Assembly: GCA_008632985.1 (NCBI GenBank)
Contig: QPGO01000007.1
Coordinates: forward strand, 620,001 to 684,000
DNA length: 64,000 nucleotides
Source of the DNA: Psammoneis japonica
Taxonomy: Eukaryota
Reading direction: 5' to 3'
Made by a program: the position numbers and the translations under genes. Below, piece by piece: positions 35,301 through 46,700 of the stretch. How positions within the stretch are numbered: the stretch's first letter is position 1; each line of letters starts with the position of its first letter. The notes beneath the pieces were generated by a model, which did no database searches, was not told where the DNA came from, and was given only the letters and a program-made list of their open reading frames with translations.

Positions 35301-38080
35301 CACTTCCTCTAAATCACACAGACAGCTTTTGGGTGAGTGTCAGATGGGGGCTGGCTAGAAAGCACTCCCCAGCCTGACAGAGCTGGGGCAATGCTGCTCA
35401 CAAAAAGTTGTTTCTGCCAAATTTGATTTTGCACCAACAAGCCCTGCAGTTTGCACCATGCTGGCAGTTGGCAGATGCCAGCAGCAATCACTCACATTGC
35501 AAGACTTGTGCAGCAAGAGATGCACATCAACTGCAAGTGACCTGCATCACAAGGGTGTCACACACACTTGAGTGCCCCTCCCCCACAAAAGTCACACCTG
35601 TTGAGCAAAGGCTTTGCACACACAATGCTGTGATGAACTTGGGGCAAAGTTTCTCATTCATGGAGCCAGTGTGCAGCAGCTCACACAACTCAAACATTTC
35701 ATGGCAACATGCGCCAACTCAGAAACAGCTCTCACAATCATTGTCATTGTCTCAACAACCTTTGCAACTGCTCAGCGTTCATCTCTGAACACAGTGCACA
35801 GTGCATGAGGCACACAGCAATGTTGCTCTTGCAAGTGCACAGAGAAGCTTGCATCCACCAACAAAAAACCAGCTGTCAACTGTCCTCCTCAAACCAACAA
35901 CAACAACCACCATGACCAAAAGAAGAGGGCCACATCTCCAACCCCAATGCAGCATCATGAGAAAAAGGAGCCACAGAAGGGTGTGAGCACCAGATGCATG
36001 AGCTGTGCAACTTGCCAGCAGAGGACAACAGCCCAATGCAAGAGCTGAGTGTGCCATGGTTGCTCAGCACCAGAACATGCGAAGAGTGGCTGCTCTTCCT
36101 GAGCAATTCCAAGCACATCATCCATGTTCAGAGCATCATCATGACTGGTGCAGAGAAGTGCTGCCTGCTCACATGCAGGAACTGTCAGAGGGCACAGCAC
36201 TCTTGTGAGAACACTCAACAGCAAGGCAGTGGAGTTTGCTGCTGAAACTGACACCAGCTGCATGGAGTGTGCACCAGAGGCAGTGACCAAGAGCATTTTT
36301 CCCAGGAGAGCAGCACTGTTGCAGAGGCACTGCTCAAAGCATGTGGTCAAAAGCCCACAGAAATGAAGTCTCAAGACTGCATTAAAAGGGCCACTCAACC
36401 AAACAGCTGCTCAAGGAATTTTCCTCCAGGAGGAGCTGAAGGAGGAGATGTGATCTGCAGCTGCTGTTGCCAAATGACAAACCAGCAGACTTGTTTAATT
36501 GTGGAGTTCTGAGTGCCTGGCAAGAACTCTGTGTGGTGGTTCTCCAGGACTTCAATCCACCCACTTGCACAATTTCTGAGTTTGTTGCTTTTTGCAAATG
36601 CACCAAGCAGGTTGAAAACACTGAAGGCATGATGTGTGTCAAAAACTGATTGAGAATGAGAAGATCCCACACAAGAGTGACTGGGAAAAAGGTGATGGCA
36701 CCAAGTCACTCACAGCAAACAGCAAAAAAACAAGCAAAATTTTGTGCATGTTGCACATCTTCAATTGTGTGCACTCAACCAAGGAGTGCCACAGTTTGAA
36801 GTGCCAGGTCAAAAAGATGAAGACTGTGCATTCTCAATTGAGTCAAAAGAAAAAAGTGTGATTGAGAGTTGAGCACCATGGTCAACACGGCAGTCAAAAA
36901 AGCACCTCAGACAAAGAAAATCAACAACATGTGCAGCCAAGAAAACCAAAGAGCTCTCAATGAGCTCACAAAGCTCTTGTTCTCCAGAAATTCTGAAAAC
37001 AAGTGCACCTGAGGATGTTGTGCTCAAGGTGCAGGCCAACATCACAGTCATGAAAATTTCAGCAGCACAGGTGAGTGTTTTTCTCTGCACAACTGATTTC
37101 TGGCAAAGAACTCATGGTGCAGGCCACTCACAAAAATGGCAAAAGCAAGAGCATGTGATGCCAATCTCACTTGCAGACTTGAAAGCCATGCATGACAAAG
37201 GCACGAAATGAAATTTCTGGAGGGCTTGTCAGGCACTGTTGCTTGTGAATGGAAAAGTTCACACTTGCACCACCTCAGAAAGCTCTGTCATGTCAGAGCT
37301 TTTTGCAGCACTCCTCTCGCCAGATTTTGCCTTGGCAGACAGCTCACAATTTTGGCTGCCAACACAGCTCTGTGAAGAGTGCAGCCTGGCTGAACAGCCA
37401 TTTGCCACTCACACCAGCAGTTGTCTCTTTGCATTGTTTTGCCTGACAAATCTTTTCTCCCCCGAGTGAGCTGGTGCCTTGGGCAAGGAGTCTGCAGCAG
37501 GCAGCCAAGGCAAGGAGCACCACGCAAGTCTTGGTTTGGCATCAACACAGTGCATTTGCTGCTTTGAACAAAGCAGCTCATTCTGCTCCACAGGTCTGGT
37601 GGCCCCGGTCCACCCACAAAGCTCGGAGCTCTGGAAGCCCACACTTGTTTTGCTCTGCCGCTCCTGCAGCACACAGCGGGCAACAGCTGTTGCCAAAGCA
37701 GGGTGGGCTGGCAGCCAGGCAGCTCCCACCAATGTTGTTGCACCAATGAACCAACTTGTGACCACTTCTCTTTGGGGTGCAGAGATGGGGTGAGAGAAGT
37801 GGCCAGTGCAAGCAAGAAAGCAAGGGCTGCTTTGTGTGTGTGCTTGCACAGGAGCTGGCCGGCAGCGGCCGACGCGGGAGTTCTTGCACCAAACAGCAGG
37901 CTCTCAGACCCCAGCAGAGGACTGACACCACACCCAAGCACCTCTTCCCCACACAAATTGAGTCTCGCAGTCTCTGTCTGTGTCTGAGGTGCGAATGCTG
38001 CAGGTGCTTCAACCTGCTGGCAGAGGCAGATGATGCGGCGCAAGCGGAATTCTGGGCCAGCAACACGTACGACGGGGGAA
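33860..38080. other. TpA/CpG-depleted block C
   Basis: TA nearly absent, TG/CA saturated, ORFs almost Tyr-free. Confidence 0.8.
36150..36900 (+). mobile_element. Degenerate Gypsy gag remnant
   Basis: 'WQELCVVVLQDFNPPTCTISEFVAFC' and Zn-knuckle-like 'CMLHIFNCVHSTKECHSLK'. Confidence 0.5.
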
Positions 38081-38385
38081 TCTTCGCGCGACCATGTTGT
38101 ATGTTGTGACATTATTTCACATTCGTGTCGTAAACGAAGACGCGACAGGAGTGACAAGAAGTGCAGTGGTGGTGAAAGTGCGATGGTGCTTCGTGACACG
38201 ATTCATTCGCACATAATTTTAGTTATGTCGACTGTGTCTTTCATTTGTCTCACACATCATTTCGCTTATTGCATGGCGGTTTTCGTCGACAGTCACGAAT
38301 TCCAGAATGCACCCCCGAGACCCAAAAGTGCGATCACAGTTCTCATCATGCTCACAATTTTTTCTAAAAACGCAAAACATTGACA

Positions 38386-39246
38386 ATGATACATGACGTG
38401 ACATCACCGCTTGCACTCCTCGCTTTGCTTGCATGTGCAGTGAATGCGTTTGACCAGCCTGAGTTCAGAAGCCTTGCCCTTGTCTTGAGAGGTGGAGAAT
38501 CTATCAACGGATTGAGTACAAACTATGAACAAGACTATCTTGAAACTTGTTACATCCGTTTCCCGGACAACGGGGATTTGAGCAGCGGTACCGCTGGAAG
38601 CCCTGGACTGTGGGACACTGACTTTCGTCCCAATCCAACCACCAGGTGCAGTTCATCTGTGCATTATCATCTTCAAAAGGACGGCAACTTTGTGTTCAGC
38701 TGCAGCGATGGTACAGTTGACTACACGTCTCATAGCAATGAGGGGGCCGGAGATTACTTCCTGGCTATTGATGGACGCCGTTGTCAACTTCACATCTTTG
38801 AAGGAACGTTTGGAGGTAACGAAGTTGATATTTGGAGAGAAGTTTGGTCCAGTGACAAGTATGGTCCATGGCAGAAACGAGACAGGCTATACAACGGACA
38901 GATATACCATGGCTTGTCGTATTATGACACCGTAATGAACCCAAATGGCAATCTTGAAGTTCGTCAACCTGGATCTCGAGGAACCTACGACGTTGTGTGG
39001 CAAGCTAGCAATGAATGGAATCAACCACCTGGAAACCACTTGAAAGATTTTTACGCCAAGCTCACCGGCGGACGTGATCTCGTTTTGGTTGGAACAGATC
39101 AGAGTGGTCGTGAAGAGGTATACTTTCGTAAGGGACTAAAGCAAACGTTCAGTGGCGATTGCTTCATTCTTGGATTTGAGGTGGTCGGGACGGATCCATT
39201 TGGCGTCGCTCCACCAGTTGATTTGGTTGCCGCGCCATGTGTCTGA
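38386..39246 (+). CDS. Secreted protein with bulb-type (B-/GNA) lectin-like repeats
   Basis: Signal peptide; 'LQKDGNFVF' and 'VMNPNGNLEV' resemble QxDxNxVxY. Confidence 0.7.
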   Translation: MIHDVTSPLALLALLACAVNAFDQPEFRSLALVLRGGESINGLSTNYEQDYLETCYIRFPDNGDLSSGTAGSPGLWDTDFRPNPTTRCSSSVHYHLQKDGNFVFSCSDGTVDYTSHSNEGAGDYFLAIDGRRCQLHIFEGTFGGNEVDIWREVWSSDKYGPWQKRDRLYNGQIYHGLSYYDTVMNPNGNLEVRQPGSRGTYDVVWQASNEWNQPPGNHLKDFYAKLTGGRDLVLVGTDQSGREEVYFRKGLKQTFSGDCFILGFEVVGTDPFGVAPPVDLVAAPCV

Positions 39247-39392
39247 GTGTTAAGATTGCTTTCGAAGTTCTAGAGCATATGCCGTGAGATGTGACTGGAT
39301 GGTGCGCAGGGGCGGGTTTAGATACATGATTCATAGTAAATCTATTAAAACTGTAACTGACGATCTATGCAGAGTATCCTAATCAGTCGAAC

Positions 39393-39995
39393 CTACAACG
39401 TTGACGTCATTAGCACAAAATCGGGATCACAAGATTGATCTGAGTATTCGGTGGGCCAATGCCCACAATGATTCACGCACTCCATTGGACTCCACCAATC
39501 CCCAGTTCCGCCGTCAGACAACAATCTGGATCCTGGTTCCCATTGCGAAAAAGGCTCTTGACAGGGCTCGCACTCTTTCCACCATTTTCGAACAACCGGG
39601 TCGTCTGCAATTGCCTTCATGTCCTTATCAAACAAAGCTTTCTCTTCTTCCTTGGAAAGAGTTCTGTTCTCCCGAAATGACTTCAAGTGTCCCACCCATT
39701 CAAAACATTGAAACATGGTCCCAGTTTCTTCATGATAGTAAATCGTGAAATTTCGAATATTTGATTGATACATGCGGTCTAGAACATGCTGCCAGACGTT
39801 GTCGTGAAGTTCTCGGTATCGACGGTACTTTTCTCGTTTTAGCTTGATGGCTCCTCCAAATCTCCGAGGAGCAGGCTTTGGGACTGTCTCTTTTCTTGCC
39901 TCTTTGATCCTTGTTACGAGGCTGCAGGTAAGAAAGCCCGCTGCAAACGTTGCGAGCAACGCTCCTGATGCCGACAGGGATTTCGAAGGTGGCAT
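39393..39995 (-). CDS. L-rhamnose mutarotase family protein with N-terminal hydrophobic segment
   Basis: 'RRFGGAIKLK..KY..YRELHDNVWQHVL..M..SNIRNFTIY' and 'DPVVRKWW..C..CQ'. Confidence 0.85.
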   Translation of the reverse strand: MPPSKSLSASGALLATFAAGFLTCSLVTRIKEARKETVPKPAPRRFGGAIKLKREKYRRYRELHDNVWQHVLDRMYQSNIRNFTIYYHEETGTMFQCFEWVGHLKSFRENRTLSKEEEKALFDKDMKAIADDPVVRKWWKECEPCQEPFSQWEPGSRLLSDGGTGDWWSPMECVNHCGHWPTEYSDQSCDPDFVLMTSTL

Positions 39996-40451
39996 ATCTG
40001 TCGTTGAGAAATAAGTGACAAAGGTAGAGACACCGACAATCAGGTATGACCTCTCACAACCGTCACAGACAATACATTCATGAATTGACGAGCAATAATA
40101 AGTACTTCTAGTGTCTCTAGAGGTCTCTCGTCACTAAGTCGCAATACCGGTACAACTAACACACAGGCTCATGGATGCTCAAGATGCGTTCGTTCGGGTT
40201 TTTCAGTTTTTTTTTTTTGAAAATTTTGATTTTTTGACGAACATGCAACGACGGACGACGGACAGTAACTGACAAAGATCCATCACGCGCACGCACGCAC
40301 GAAGCACTTCCAACTTGCGAAGCACGATACTGTAAGCACGCCGAATGAGCTTATTTTTTTTTGTGTTGTCGTTGTCGGAAGCTAAGAGGTCGTAGTAGAA
40401 GCCGTTCCTACCGCAGCACTGCAGTCCCATCCTCCTGTATTCTCCGCAAGA

Positions 40452-41069
40452 ATGATGGAAGCAACAGAATCAACTCCTCCCGAGTCGAAACAAAAGTCTG
40501 CGGATGTCAAGATCTTGTCCGACTTGAACACCGTGATTGAGAAAATGGACCTCTGCGAGAGCATGCTTCGTCCAGGCGACGGCAGTCCCGCACCATCTGT
40601 AAAGCACGACGAAACCCTCTTGGCTGTGATTGGATTTCTAGAAGCATGCGCACCACGCATGGTGGAGCTTGTCGAGGCGGCTACTCTGGGTGCTCTGTCG
40701 GAGGACACGCTGGTGCAGTGCTTGACGGTGAATGATCGTCTTCAGAAATTGCTTGCCGATGTGGAAACCGCCAGCTTGACGGAAACATCTGCCAGCACTA
40801 CAGCTGCGTCGGCTCCAGCTAAGAGTGAGTCGGAAGATTTTGATGCGTTTCTCATGGATGACGAACAAAATAGCGACGAAAAGAACTCGACCGCTGCCGA
40901 TCCTTTTGGCGATAGTACAGACGTCCTGAAACCCGTTCCCATGGGCAAAACAACTGGCGAGGATGACGACGATGATGATAAGAAACCAGCAGCAGCTCCA
41001 GCTCCAGCAGCAAAGGACGATTTTGATGCATTCTTTGAAGAACGAACGAGCTCCAACACGACTGACTGA
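40452..41069 (+). CDS. GAT-domain (TOM1/GGA-like) protein with acidic tail
   Basis: 'DLNTVIEKMDLCESML...RMVELVE...EDTLVQCLTVNDRLQKLL'; DPF/DDFDAF motifs. Confidence 0.7.
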   Translation: MMEATESTPPESKQKSADVKILSDLNTVIEKMDLCESMLRPGDGSPAPSVKHDETLLAVIGFLEACAPRMVELVEAATLGALSEDTLVQCLTVNDRLQKLLADVETASLTETSASTTAASAPAKSESEDFDAFLMDDEQNSDEKNSTAADPFGDSTDVLKPVPMGKTTGEDDDDDDKKPAAAPAPAAKDDFDAFFEERTSSNTTD

Positions 41070-41277
41070 ACTGCGCCTACGGTGTAGCGACATTTAGTTG
41101 TAGGAATTCCTCCTTTTTTTTGCTTCAGTGTGGGAACCAAGATAGTACAACACGCCAACACAAACCACAACTTGGAGATCATGAAGGTTCAAATTTACTA
41201 TGTTACGAAACTGAGCTCTAAGTTGACTTCTCGACAGAACCTGCTTTTCTAAATGCATCGTACCGGTGCAAGCTGTA

Positions 41278-42151
41278 TCATGCAACGAGTTCCGTGAGCT
41301 TGTCAAGCACCTCCTTTGAATGTCGTGTAATGTGACTCTCCACATCCGTAAACACCCATCGCAAATTTCCCTGAGGATCAATCAAATATGTTTGACGATT
41401 GGAGAATGTACCAAAGCCAGGAACCGACACGGCCGAGCCTGTAACAGATGGCAAAAGAACATGGTGAAACACGACCGACAACGAAAGCAAGTAAAACGCG
41501 AGAAGATCGTGAGGAAGTCGTCGAGAGGCGATTCCACTGGACAAGCAACAAAAGTTCAACAATCCATGACAATCAAACAGTATTGAACTGCTTGTTTGCT
41601 TTCCAAGAAATTGTTCAGCGCACATACTAACATGGTCAGCGTCTAGAACAGGCAACATAGAACATACCGTAGAGTTTTGAAACGGAACCACCCGTGTCGC
41701 TGAGCATGTAAAAGTCTAAGGCTTCCGCACTGCAAAACTGAGCATTCTTCTCCGGGGGATCCACAGATACACCCACTACTTGAGCGTTGAGCTTGCGATA
41801 ATCATCGATATCTTTCTGAAATCCACGAGCCTCCAAAGTGCACCCAGAAGTAAACGCTCCGGGATAGAAATAAAGGACCGTCCACTTTCCGGTCTTGGCG
41901 AGATCCTTAAGTGATGTTTTTCCCTCCCCACGACTATTTGGAAGGTCAAACGCGGGAGCCTTTGCACCGGTGGGAGGCACTGTGGCCGCCACTGCAGGAT
42001 TTCCGGCCGTCAACACAGACGCAACTCCTACAGTCCCAACACCATTGAGAAATGCTCGACGGCAAGTAGAACCATCTTTTGATGTTGAAAAGGCGTAAAT
42101 CGTCCCGACACAAAGGAGTGAACAGAAAAGCACACCGACGAAACGCACCAT
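41278..42151 (-). CDS. PRXQ: Peroxiredoxin Q / BCP, probably plastid-targeted; intron 41439-41667
   Basis: 'VLYFYPGAFTSGCTLEA' and 'RQTYLIDPQG'; signal peptide ending YA-F; GTATGT...CAG intron. Confidence 0.9.
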
Positions 42152-42241
42152 GGTGGAATGCATCAGAAGCAAGAAGTGCGAGGTCTAGGGGCCCGTACTG
42201 GCACATACGTAGGTACGTAGGACTTGTACTAGACCTACATA

Positions 42242-43790
42242 CTACAAATTGCTAAACACTTGGCAAAAACGCGCGTAAACCGCCTTCGTTCGCTTCTGAA
42301 GGGAAAATTTCCATTCGTTGCGATTTTGTACCAGAGCCACGTAGAAATTTACAGCGCTACGTCTTGCTGCTTTCCGACTCCCGCCTCCGACCTCCGACGA
42401 AGACACGGTGAAGCACGAGGATGTATCCGACAATGGCGGTGCCCATTGTCATCGATTCTGCCAATTTTCACACTCTCCCGTGTTTCATTTAACTCTAAAT
42501 GGTAATGAAAGAGAGCTTTGGTGCTTTGAATTTTTTCCATTGGTGGTTTCACTCACATTTGTTCTCCGTCTGCACCATTTTGACATCCCAGCTGGCGCGA
42601 CGCGTAGTTTTTGCTTCTGTTCAGGAGCATTGCGGCTTAAGTTGTCGTTCATCAACCAACACTGGTGAAATTCATTCGATCATTGAATACCTGGTGTTGC
42701 TGTGTACACATTTGAGGCAATGGGAGGGCAAGAAATGGCTCGCGCAAGAGCGCACAACGCGCCATGTTGCTTGACAGATGCAACAGATGGCAGAGTTGGA
42801 TGTGATCAATGAAGACGTTGAATTTATGGTGCACAGGAGGGTAAACATCAACTTCTCTCTGTCGGCAGAGGGAGTGACTTGCTTGCAACTAATTTTAGAT
42901 TAGATTCCACACCACTCTGGGTTGTTTGTCACACTGCTCTAGATTCAATGCTGCTCTCTAGAGGTTGTTTGTTCAATGCTGCTCTAGACAGACACTGCTC
43001 TAGGTTCTTTGTTCAATGCTGCTCCAGATTTGACACTGATTTGGGTTCTTTGTTCAATGCCACTCCACTGGATTCGACACCACTCTGGCATCAATGCAGT
43101 CGGATCATGCAGCAGCATTGTTGATTCCAGATCATCTGTTTTTTTTCCATGCTGCTGGTGTCCATCCCAATGAAGATCCACGCACAGTGGCACAGTGCAA
43201 AAAATGCCGTCTCCTCTTTGGGCTTGGTCAGTCTGCGAGACCAGGGCTTTCCTCCGGGCAAATGACATGGCACGCCATTCCTCTTGCAATTTTCAAACTC
43301 CTCGACTGAAGTTTGCCACTCATCGAGCTTGTTCTCATTCCTCTGTGCAACATTTCAAATTTAGTTTGGCTCATCCACAGAAAAATGCCCACATCTGATG
43401 CATTGACGGTGCGCCTCATCATCCGGCAGGCATCCGCTGACCAGAAACTTCCTGTCGCGCTCTTCGGCACACCGCACCATGGCTCGGTTCCCTCAGCTCG
43501 TCGAGCATTTTGTCCCTGGTGGGACCATCTGCATCGTCATGCTCGATGGCATCATGTGGAGTTTCGGCATTTGATTCCTGTGCATGGACACGGTTGTGCA
43601 CAGCATTTGTTTGCCATGGTTGAAAAGTGTGAGCGGTGTCATCTGTGTTGTTTCCAAAAAATCACGCGCGGGAAGATTGTGCACTTTTCTACGCAGGCTG
43701 GTGCAATCGAGCAACGAAGAGAAATTTTCCCTTCAGAGGCGAACAAAGGAGCTTTGCGCGTGTTTTTGCCAAGTGTTTGGCAATTTGTAG
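42242..43790. mobile_element. Non-autonomous TIR DNA element with ~100-bp imperfect TIRs; flanks TA (left) and CA (right)
   Basis: CTACAAATTGCTAAACACTTGGCAAAAAC... versus ...GTTTTTGCCAAGTGTTTGGCAATTTGTAG. Confidence 0.8.
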
Positions 43791-46700
43791 CACAGTGACC
43801 CCAAAATTTTCGAAAACGAGAAATGCAGTGCACAGTCTGCTCGCTGTTGTTTAGTCGTGGCGCCAGAACCCCGGGTGCGGCACCCGGTTTTTTTTTTAAT
43901 TTTTTTGACAAGGAAACCATGCATTCGACCAAGAAATTGCTGTTTTTAATGCAGAACAACAGCCGTTGACAAATGACACATGCATCCGTTGAATCGACAA
44001 GATGTCAACACGATTGTTCACAATCATTTCGGGCCTCACAGAACACAGAGCAGAACGCAATTTAAGGCCCGACTAAGAACTCCATCTATGAAGACGACAT
44101 GTTGTGTGTGCATTTCGCTTTTTTATTCGTTTGTGCGAAAGATCTCGTTGAACTTGTCAGAAAAAAATTGTCCAGCTTTTTCAAATCCGGGCAGTTGATG
44201 AGTTTTGGCGCGCAAACCAAAATGTCCAACGAGCCAGGATGACAACATGGTCGTGATTTAAGGCCCTCCACGTCACATGCGTAGAATTGGCACTACGTCC
44301 TACGTGGGATCCACACATTGCATCGACACGACACAAAAGATGCGCCATGGTGCCGCCAAAGAAGCCTCCGAAGACGGAAGAATGTGCTCCATCATGTTTG
44401 TTGACTGTGTCATCTTCATTCGTGAAGGTCATTGCAGCAAGGAGAAACCAGTTGAAATTTTCAAAAGCTGAAGAGTTCAATGAGAGGCACTGGAGAAACA
44501 GAGGAGAGCCATGAGGAGCAAGGCCAATGGATCCATGGACTGCAGAGACAAGGCTGCTCAGGATCCATTCATGCATCAACATGTTGAGGATTGGTGCAGT
44601 GTTGTTCATTCAGACCTCCATTTGTGGTGGCACAGTCATTTTTTTGCAGCTGCACTGCAGGTGGAAACGGCCGTTGACCATTCGTCGCGCACTGTTCCCG
44701 TCATGTTTTTGTGGAGCTCGTGCCTCGAATCCATCATTTGAGCCTGACAGCACAAGGGCCTTAAATCACGCCGGGCCTTAAATTGCGTTCTGCTCTGCTA
44801 AAAATCTGGCCTGACCCCTCGGACGAAGGTCAGACTTCCCTGTCAACAGACCGACAGAACATGTCGCGAATCCGTGACACGACCAGAGTTTGAGGCAATG
44901 AAGCCATTAAGACTGCACTTGCAACAACTGAAAACACCCTTGTTGACCATCACTTGCCTCTAAGAAGTGCTCCTGGGCTTCTTTGTACCTGGCAGGACCA
45001 AAGAATTGATGAAGGCAGGTCATGAGTTTTTTCAAAAATTGCAGTGGTGGCCGCACGAACGTGCCCCAAAGCGTCGTGAGTCGTGATGAGGGCGGGAGAA
45101 GCACAAGATTTCAAACTGCGTAAATCTTGGTGCTCATTCTACGTGTGTGGTAAATGTGTGCACTTTTGTACGAGGATGCAATGACGTGTGCCCTCTCTGT
45201 GACATGTGCTCAAATGCAGCATGTGCCCCCAGCATGTTGACGTGAGCAGACTGCACCGGCATGCATCAGCATGTGTGATGAGGAGTCCCTCCATTGCGCA
45301 GCCTGTCTGGGCCGCAGGGCCCTAGAGTTTGTGCTTGCCACTGCGCAAAACAGTTTTTTCAATCTCTTTTTGGTCAAATTCTGTGAACCCAGAATGCTGG
45401 ACAACGAACCCCACTTCTGCAAGATGTGGGGGAAAGCGGATGTTGTCAACAAGACAGAGCCAGAACACACACCAGGTGTCCTTGAAGATTGTGTTGAGCT
45501 TTGGGTTGTGCTCATTGGGCTGCACCCATTCAGTGCATTGCAGGCCTGTCATGACAAGGTCAATCTCAAACTGGCCAGCAAGGACAATGTTGATGGCATC
45601 TGGGTCTGTTCTTGCACAAATGGCATCTGCCATTGACCATGCCAGCACAGCTGCACAAGCAATGTGTGACTCATGACATTCCGGAACCTTGTCACACCTT
45701 TGGAGCTTGCCAAAGATGTCCTTGAAGATCCAACCCATCTTGGTGTCCACACTGTTGTCTTTGCAGATGTTGCAACAGTTGGAGCCAAACAGGAAACAAG
45801 TGCAGCAATGTTGCAGACATGTTCCTTGATGGTTCCTGTCAAGATGTTGCAACAGCACAGTGTGGCGCCCATTGCCAGATGTGAAGCACATGCAGCTGGC
45901 ACCAGCTGACAATGCTTGAGGTCTTTCCTGACCACAGTCATGTCTTCATCCCCAAGATGCCAGTTCACACTCTGGCAAAAGTGATGAAAATGGATTTGGC
46001 AGGAACAAGCTGCCCCAACATGCTTGGGCTCTGGGGGGGGGGCATTCTGCACTTGGCACACAGCTGCAAGGAGACAAGCTGTGCTGCTGCAAGAGCTCTT
46101 GACTTGACTGGAAACAGCCACAGGTCTTCAGAAAGAAACACTTCTGAAACAGCTGTTCAGAATGGGCCAAAGATGTGATCTCCACTGAAGTTAACATGCA
46201 CATGACAAAGCAGTTTGCAAAATGTCCAGACAAATCTTTGTCTCTGTGGCAACTTCAAAGTGCCAGATTGATGTGACATTCTTGTTGGAGCAACTCCAGA
46301 TGACAAGGTGCAGAGGGCAGAGGGATGACCCCACTCTGAAAGAGCTCATGCACCCATTCTGGAGTGATGGTCTCCATGCAAACAACAATGGCTGATTTGG
46401 GACAATCACAATGAACTCTGCTGCATTGATGTGGACACAGCCAGGGTCCAGGGACTTCTTCAGCCAGAGCCCCTTCACAACATTTGGTCCCCCAAGAAAA
46501 TGTTGCAAACCAAAACTTGAGCTCACAACAGCATGCTCCTTTGTGCCAACATTGCTGGCATCTCCAATTGCTTGGCAATGAGATGCTCAGGGAATGACAC
46601 ATCCAGTCAGGGCTGTCCATGGCTCCGACGTTGATTCAAGGTGGGATGCTGCTTCTTTGATGACATCCATCATGTCAGGTGTCATTGGCATCTCAATCTT

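Noticed and set aside
41439..41667. Longer-than-usual PrxQ intron as a snoRNA host
   Set aside because: No convincing C/D or H/ACA arrangement seen by eye.
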